Origin: Podarcis bocagei
Lineage: Eukaryota
NCBI GenBank assembly: GCA_964188305.1
Contig: OZ076888.1
Direction: 5' to 3' (one strand)
DNA: 64,000 bases
The notes beneath the pieces are model-generated. The model was not told where the DNA came from. It saw nothing but the letters and a program-made list of their open reading frames with translations, and did not search any database. Of the stretch, positions 59,238 to 64,000 are shown piece by piece. The position numbers were made by a program, and so were the translations under genes. The number at the start of each line of letters is the position of its first letter. The stretch's first letter is position 1.

Positions 59238-59399
59238 TTAGTAGTAGGGTGATGAGACTCTTGTAGGCATCTTTCTCTCTGTCACAAGCAGGTCCCCTTC
59301 TGGCTTGGGTGCAAATTTCCCATTCAGATAAACCAGCCTGCCACGTACAAGAGTGGCAAAGACCTTACCATAAAGCTGGAAACCCAAGTATGGGGTTAG
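59238..59399 (-). CDS. ALLN: ALLN-like terminal exon (LTPYLGFQLYGKVFATLVRGRLVYLNGKFAPKPEGDLLVTERKMPTRVSSPYY*)
   Basis: tttag|CTA ACC CCA TAC ... TAC TAC TAA; minus-strand AATAAA candidates near 58881 and 58762-58776. Confidence 0.9.
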   Translation of the reverse strand, partial: LTPYLGFQLYGKVFATLVRGRLVYLNGKFAPKPEGDLLVTERKMPTRVSSPYY

Positions 59400-62300
59400 C
59401 TAAAGGAGAAAGCAGGGAGAGAGAGAAAAGCAAGGATAAATAGAATGCAGAATCAAAGGTCTTTGGGTAAATGTGTTTTTGTTTATGGTGGTTCTGATCT
59501 GTCCATAGCAGATATGCACAAGGCAAAATAGATGCAGTGGTGCAGACAGCTCTAAGTGAACAACAAAGACTAGAGGTGAATTGAGGCCTTATGAACCCCT
59601 CCATCCAGTTTACCTTTCTCAAGCTCCATGCCCAAAGAGTAGGTATCCTTAAAGGGCCAACTCCCTAACCTGGAGCACTTCTTTTCTCTTCTGTGGCTTG
59701 CTGGCCTGGTGAATTCTGTTGGGTAGGCCTGTAGAGCAAGAAGTACTTGACTCTTCAGGCAAATGGGACTTGGCGAAAGGCATCTGTGAGGGTTCTGGCT
59801 CAGGTTCTGTAGGTTCCACTAGCCTCAGGTTCACTTCCAGGGAACCTGGTGGTGCAGCAGTCCTGGCCTCAGCCAGCTCATCCTCCTCTGACTCTGAGCT
59901 TGAGGTTAGGGCCATGAAACTAATAAATAATCTAAGATACCAGATGTGAAAATGATTTAGACTCCTTCAGCATAGACATGCGTCCTGTTGAGTGCCTACT
60001 AGGACCAGTCCTTATTTAAATTTGTATGAGGCAGATCCTCTGACCCAGTAACTTCTGACCTGGAAAAGATAAAGACTGAATAGCCCATAAATGTCAAGGC
60101 TGCAAAAAGGCAAGGAATGTTGAAAGCCGAGGGCTGTGCTCACCCCTCCTGGTGGTATTTTGTTTGTTGGTTTTTGCCTGCTAAGCAAAGTGATAGATGG
60201 AGGTGAAGATTACTAAACAGTCAGTTCATTATAGCCTCTACCACCACAGAAATGACACTTGGGATGTCCCATTTGCTTAACAGTAAAGCCTGCCCTAAGC
60301 AGAGGCCAAAAATGTAATGAATTATACAGTAAATTACAGTAAGGTGTTTTGAGGGTGGGATGGCGGGGGGCAGTAATAGGAACACTGGGAGAATGCAGAA
60401 AACATGAGCCTTCCCATACCTTATCCTTGTGATGAATTATGTTTTTATTCACCTAAGAGAGAAAGAAGGAGACAAAATAATTATAATACAGATTAGTTTG
60501 GGATATGTTGCTTACTAAGGATAATGCATACAACCTAATATTATTGTCCCTGTGTTGTATCAAAGAGAATGGTAATATCAGAACTGGCACTTTCCAGATC
60601 ATCAATTATAAAAATTTCAAAGCATAGAAAGGTTAGTTTCACACACTCCCATTTACTCTGCACCCAGTGAGCTACCACCGCTGGCTTGGGAAGTGGTATA
60701 TACATGATGTTCGCTACAATCAATATCTATCTTGTATCTCTCTAGCTAATAACCATAACCATAATAAGTGTTTTGATGTATCTTTGATCCAAATTGAGAA
60801 AAATAATGCCCCAGCTGACACCCTAACTTTGTGTCAAGATTACTCTCTTGCTAAGGTCGTTGAAACAACCATTCTGCTATGCCTTTTTATACTGGAAACA
60901 TTCAAGACCAAAGTGTTTTAACTGATTTTAACATTTTATTTTTACATTGTTTTATCTTACCTGGGACCTTATGGTGAAGTACGGATAAGAAATCCAAAGA
61001 ACAACAACTACACTTTGGACTTCTGTCTCATAAAACTGGCACATTTAATTCTTCACTTGGTATTAGGTCACTTCACTGTTTTCTGTAAGGGCTTTGTTTG
61101 TTATAACTCTTTATTTTATTAGATTTGCTATATCCTGTTTTTTGCTCTATATCAGACTCCCAAGGTGATTCACAAAATTTTAAAAATGACCTATATCCTC
61201 TCCCATCCTTACCTCAAACTCCTTTTCTGGATCCCAGATCACCAGGTCTGCATCCATCCCAGGGCCAAGTGATCCTTTACGGTCTTCCAGCCTGCTCAGA
61301 ATGGCAGGATTTTTGCACATCAGTTGCACTAGGTCATGGAAGGAGAACCCTCTGGATTTTGCAGAAGTCCAGAAGAGAGGGAGACCTATGAATTTTCCAG
61401 TCACAATTAGTAGAGGAATTTATTGTTCAGAAGATTGTTCTTCCCTGGTTTCTTCTTAAAGTATATCACTTGATGCCACTCAAAGAGAAGACTTGAACAT
61501 TTGGTAAAGGGGTGAGCAGTCCTTTCCTGCGAGGGCCACATGTGGCAATATGTTGGGTCACCCATAAACACATTCACTGACATTCATTCACACTCATTCA
61601 AACATAAACACATTGAATTGCACACACTATTGTGTGATTGTATTGGGGGCGGGGAGCACCAGGGAAGTAAATTCATGCTATTTTCTTCAGAATTTTTGTA
61701 TGTAAACATATGCAAATTTAATCAATGAATTGGCTACTCTGTGAAAAGTGATCTGATCAATTAAGATTTCTTTGTCTGAAAGCCATAACCTACCCAAAAG
61801 AAAATTATTCTGCATTCAATGGAACTTATTTTGAAGTAACTATGCTTGGGATCCCATCTTTGCTTTATTGAACATGCTTTTTAAAACAAATTTAAATAGA
61901 GGAGGGAGAAAGGTTGTTTTCTGCTGCTCCAGAGAAGCGGACACGGAGCAATGGATCCAAACTACAAGAAAGAAGATTCCATCTAAACATTAGGAAGAAC
62001 TTCCTGACAGTAAGAGCTGTTTGACAGTGGAATTTGCTGCCAAGGAGTGTGGTGGAGTCTCCTTCTTTGGAGGTCTTTAAGCAGAGGCTTGACAACCATA
62101 TGTCAGGAGTGCTCTGCTGGTGTTTCCTGCTTGGCAGGGGGTTGGACTTGATGGCCCTTGTGGTCTCTTCCAACTCTATGATTCTATGATTCTATGAAAT
62201 TACTTTAATTTACATAGTGAAAAACTAAAGTATTTGTAATTTAAATGAAATGGGCATTTTGAATGGGGTATTGGTTGGCTTTGCTTGAGGACACTAAGGG

Positions 62301-62775
62301 CACCTGGAACAACAGGATGACAGGTCATGCTTTGGGAAGGGCCATAGTTCAATGGTGGATCACATGCTTTGCGTCCTGAAGGTTACTGTTTTAATTCCAG
62401 ACACCTCCAGTTAGCAGGTAATGGGAAAGACCTCTGAGGACCCACATTCTGGAGAGATTAGCAGGTAATGGGAAAGACCTCTGAGGACCCACATTCTGGA
62501 GAGATACTGCCTGTCAGTGTAGTATATTCTTGAGATGATATGGGGATAGCATCCTTTCCATTTTTAGCAGTACATGCTCATTGGATGAAGATAAGAAAAA
62601 GAACAGCATATATAAAATAGTTCATAAACACATTACCAAACTGTAGTGAAGCAATCCCTGCTGGGGCCTTGAGGAAGTCTCCATTGTTCAAATCTTTCAA
62701 GTCTCGGGAGCAAGGAGTATGGGCTGAGACAACCATGTCTATCTCTCCCACTTCCAAAGCTGCCCAAAGCTGCTC
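59238..62775 (-). CDS. ALLN: Allantoinase-like protein (cyclic amidohydrolase superfamily), last four coding exons; catalytic Asp substituted
   Basis: complement(join(62637-62775,61213-61385,60420-60452,59238-59399)). GT-AG, phases consistent, no internal stops: EQLWAALEVGEIDMVVSAHTPC...IASLQFGLPLFWTSAKSRGFS...RKGSLGPGMDADLVIWDPEKEFEVNKNIIHHKDKLTPYLGFQLYGKVFATLVRGRLVY...PYY*. The SLQFGLPLFWT and HHKxKLTPYLG motifs point to vertebrate allantoinase rather than DPYS/CRMP. Confidence 0.88.
60420..60452 (-). CDS. ALLN: ALLN-like 33-bp exon (VNKNIIHHKDK)
   Basis: cttag|GTG ... AAG|gtatgg. Confidence 0.85.
61213..61385 (-). CDS. ALLN: ALLN-like exon (LPLFWTSAKSRGFS...GMDADLVIWDPEKEFE)
   Basis: catag|GT ... 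GAG|gtaagg; ORF 61180..61404. Confidence 0.92.
61896..62197 (+). mobile_element. 5'-truncated CR1 LINE in an ALLN intron
   Basis: Highly similar to the 51068-51495 copy in opposite orientation; (ATTCTATG)n tail. Confidence 0.92.
62411..62504 (+). repeat. Perfect 47-bp tandem duplication inside an old tRNA-type SINE
   Basis: TTAGCAGGTAATGGGAAAGACCTCTGAGGACCCACATTCTGGAGAGA x2. Confidence 0.9.
62637..62775 (-). CDS. ALLN: ALLN-like exon (EQLWAALEVGEIDMVVSAHTPCSRDLKDLNNGDFLKAPAGIASLQF)
   Basis: tccag|GAG ... TTT G|gtaatg; 139 bp. Confidence 0.9.
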
Positions 62776-64000
62776 CTGGAGATATGAGAGTAAGAGTTTA
62801 TGCCAAGGAAATACTTTTGTAGTTCTCTTTAGTAAGGTGAAGCCATTGAATGATCAAGGAAGGGTCACATCCCTTTTTGGAGCCAGTGGCACATTTGCAA
62901 ACTGGATACACAGCTGTGGGCACCACAGCCAAGCACACTTCACAACCTGTTCTACTAGCGACAGGAGCATGCTTCTTTCAACACTAATTTCAGTGGAGCA
63001 GGAAAGGGGACCCTGTAGGCACCAGGAAAGGCCTCTGTGGGCATATGTGTGCCCACAAGCAACACATTGGTGACCCCTGCATTAATCTATTGATGCATAC
63101 AGAGGTAATGCAGTTTGTACCAAAGATCCAGGATCAGCTTTCAACTCAAAAATAGACCAACCAAAGCAACAGTGACAGAGCTGCCACTGAAAGTTAGCTC
63201 TCCTTAGAATGGAAAGGAAATTTCTTTGACTAAAGATCCACATTTAGAAACAGATAAGGATAGTGTGGCCACGCTGATTCTTCTGACCATGCTGATTCTT
63301 CTTCTTCACCACCACCACCACCACCAAGTCCTTCTGGAATGTTTTAAGGAACTGGGAACAGGAGCATTGCTTTGCAATGATTCCACTCCTGGATTTTGCA
63401 TCCTGGCCCAATAAAGAAGCACAATAACACTTAATTCACTTGTACTATGTATTGTGCAGGAACTGACATTTTTGCTTTCTAGTGCCCTTATTTCTTTAGG
63501 AAGGCCTGCCTCATACTTCGGGCAAATTATTAGGGCCAATAAACCATAGTTTATTAAACTGAGAATACACCCATGTGTTTGCCCCCCCCCTTGCCTGGAT
63601 CCAGTGTTTTTATTATGGCTATTTTAAACCAAAATTTCCAGTTACATCTGTTTTACCTCAACTTACCAAATAGGATGCAAAACCAACATCTTATCCTGGT
63701 ATTTGTAGTCTGAGATTACATGATAGTTTCCTAGTTAAGATGTAACAGGAAACTGTGGTTTGAATTAACCATGATGGAAGCACTGAAGCCAGAGCATCAT
63801 GGGAAGAAGAGAGGGACAAGGAGGTAGCATATAGGCTGATTCTTGTGCTCAAGCATGGTTTATTAAGCTGAGTTCGTTAAACAATGTTCGTTAGAGAACA
63901 ATGAACTTACATTAAGCACTAAACTACCATTTCTTTGAACATGTCTGGATGTGACACAAATGCACTTTGCACTGTCAATTTTAACATATTTTATTTGTTT

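Noticed and set aside
59649-59915. Acidic/Pro-rich 88-aa ORF within the last ALLN intron
   Set aside because: Low-complexity, not needed for the ALLN frame (60420 splices in phase to 59399); likely repeat-derived.
59238-62775. Alternative identity as DPYS or CRMP/DPYSL (shared SAH and DADLVIWDP)
   Set aside because: SLQFGLPLFWT, HHKxKLTPYLG and the short C-terminus match allantoinase; the CRMP motifs EERM and YNIFEG are absent.
63306-63539. Possible next-upstream ALLN exon (…EIRALESKN|gtcagt)
   Set aside because: No match to the expected FKCCPPIR motif and no good acceptor; the real exon probably lies beyond 64000.

Overview
Vertebrate nuclear DNA from a squamate reptile (Sauria SINEs, Squam3-like SINE, BovB and CR1 ends; probably a lacertid lizard, inferred from repeat content only). 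The ORF track is mostly uninformative because the genes are spliced; I assembled three genes by hand from GT-AG boundaries and remembered protein homology. (1) ARMC8 on +: 20 coding exons at 1072-38980 (N-terminal exons lie upstream of the window), with a 3'UTR to about 41.0 kb. (2) A complete 11-exon AGXT (alanine:glyoxylate aminotransferase) on - at 55466-46260, with two in-frame ATGs (34-aa mitochondrial-type presequence) and a C-terminal PTS1-like NKL. (3) The last four coding exons of an allantoinase (ALLN)-like gene on - at 62775-59238, 3.8 kb upstream of AGXT in the same orientation. Most notable: the ALLN frame is open and cleanly spliced, but the strand-8 catalytic/metal-binding Asp is Ala (S-A-H-T-P instead of S-D-H-S-P) and AWGG reads APAG, suggesting a retained pseudoenzyme or repurposed allantoinase beside a glyoxylate-detoxifying gene in a uricotelic animal. 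Other findings: a candidate in-frame 60-bp ARMC8 cassette exon, a frameshifted homologue of the human ARMC8-beta intronic tail, a CR1 inserted 6 nt into an AGXT intron, and nested or clustered transposons. Comparisons with human/fish proteins are from memory; no searches were run.
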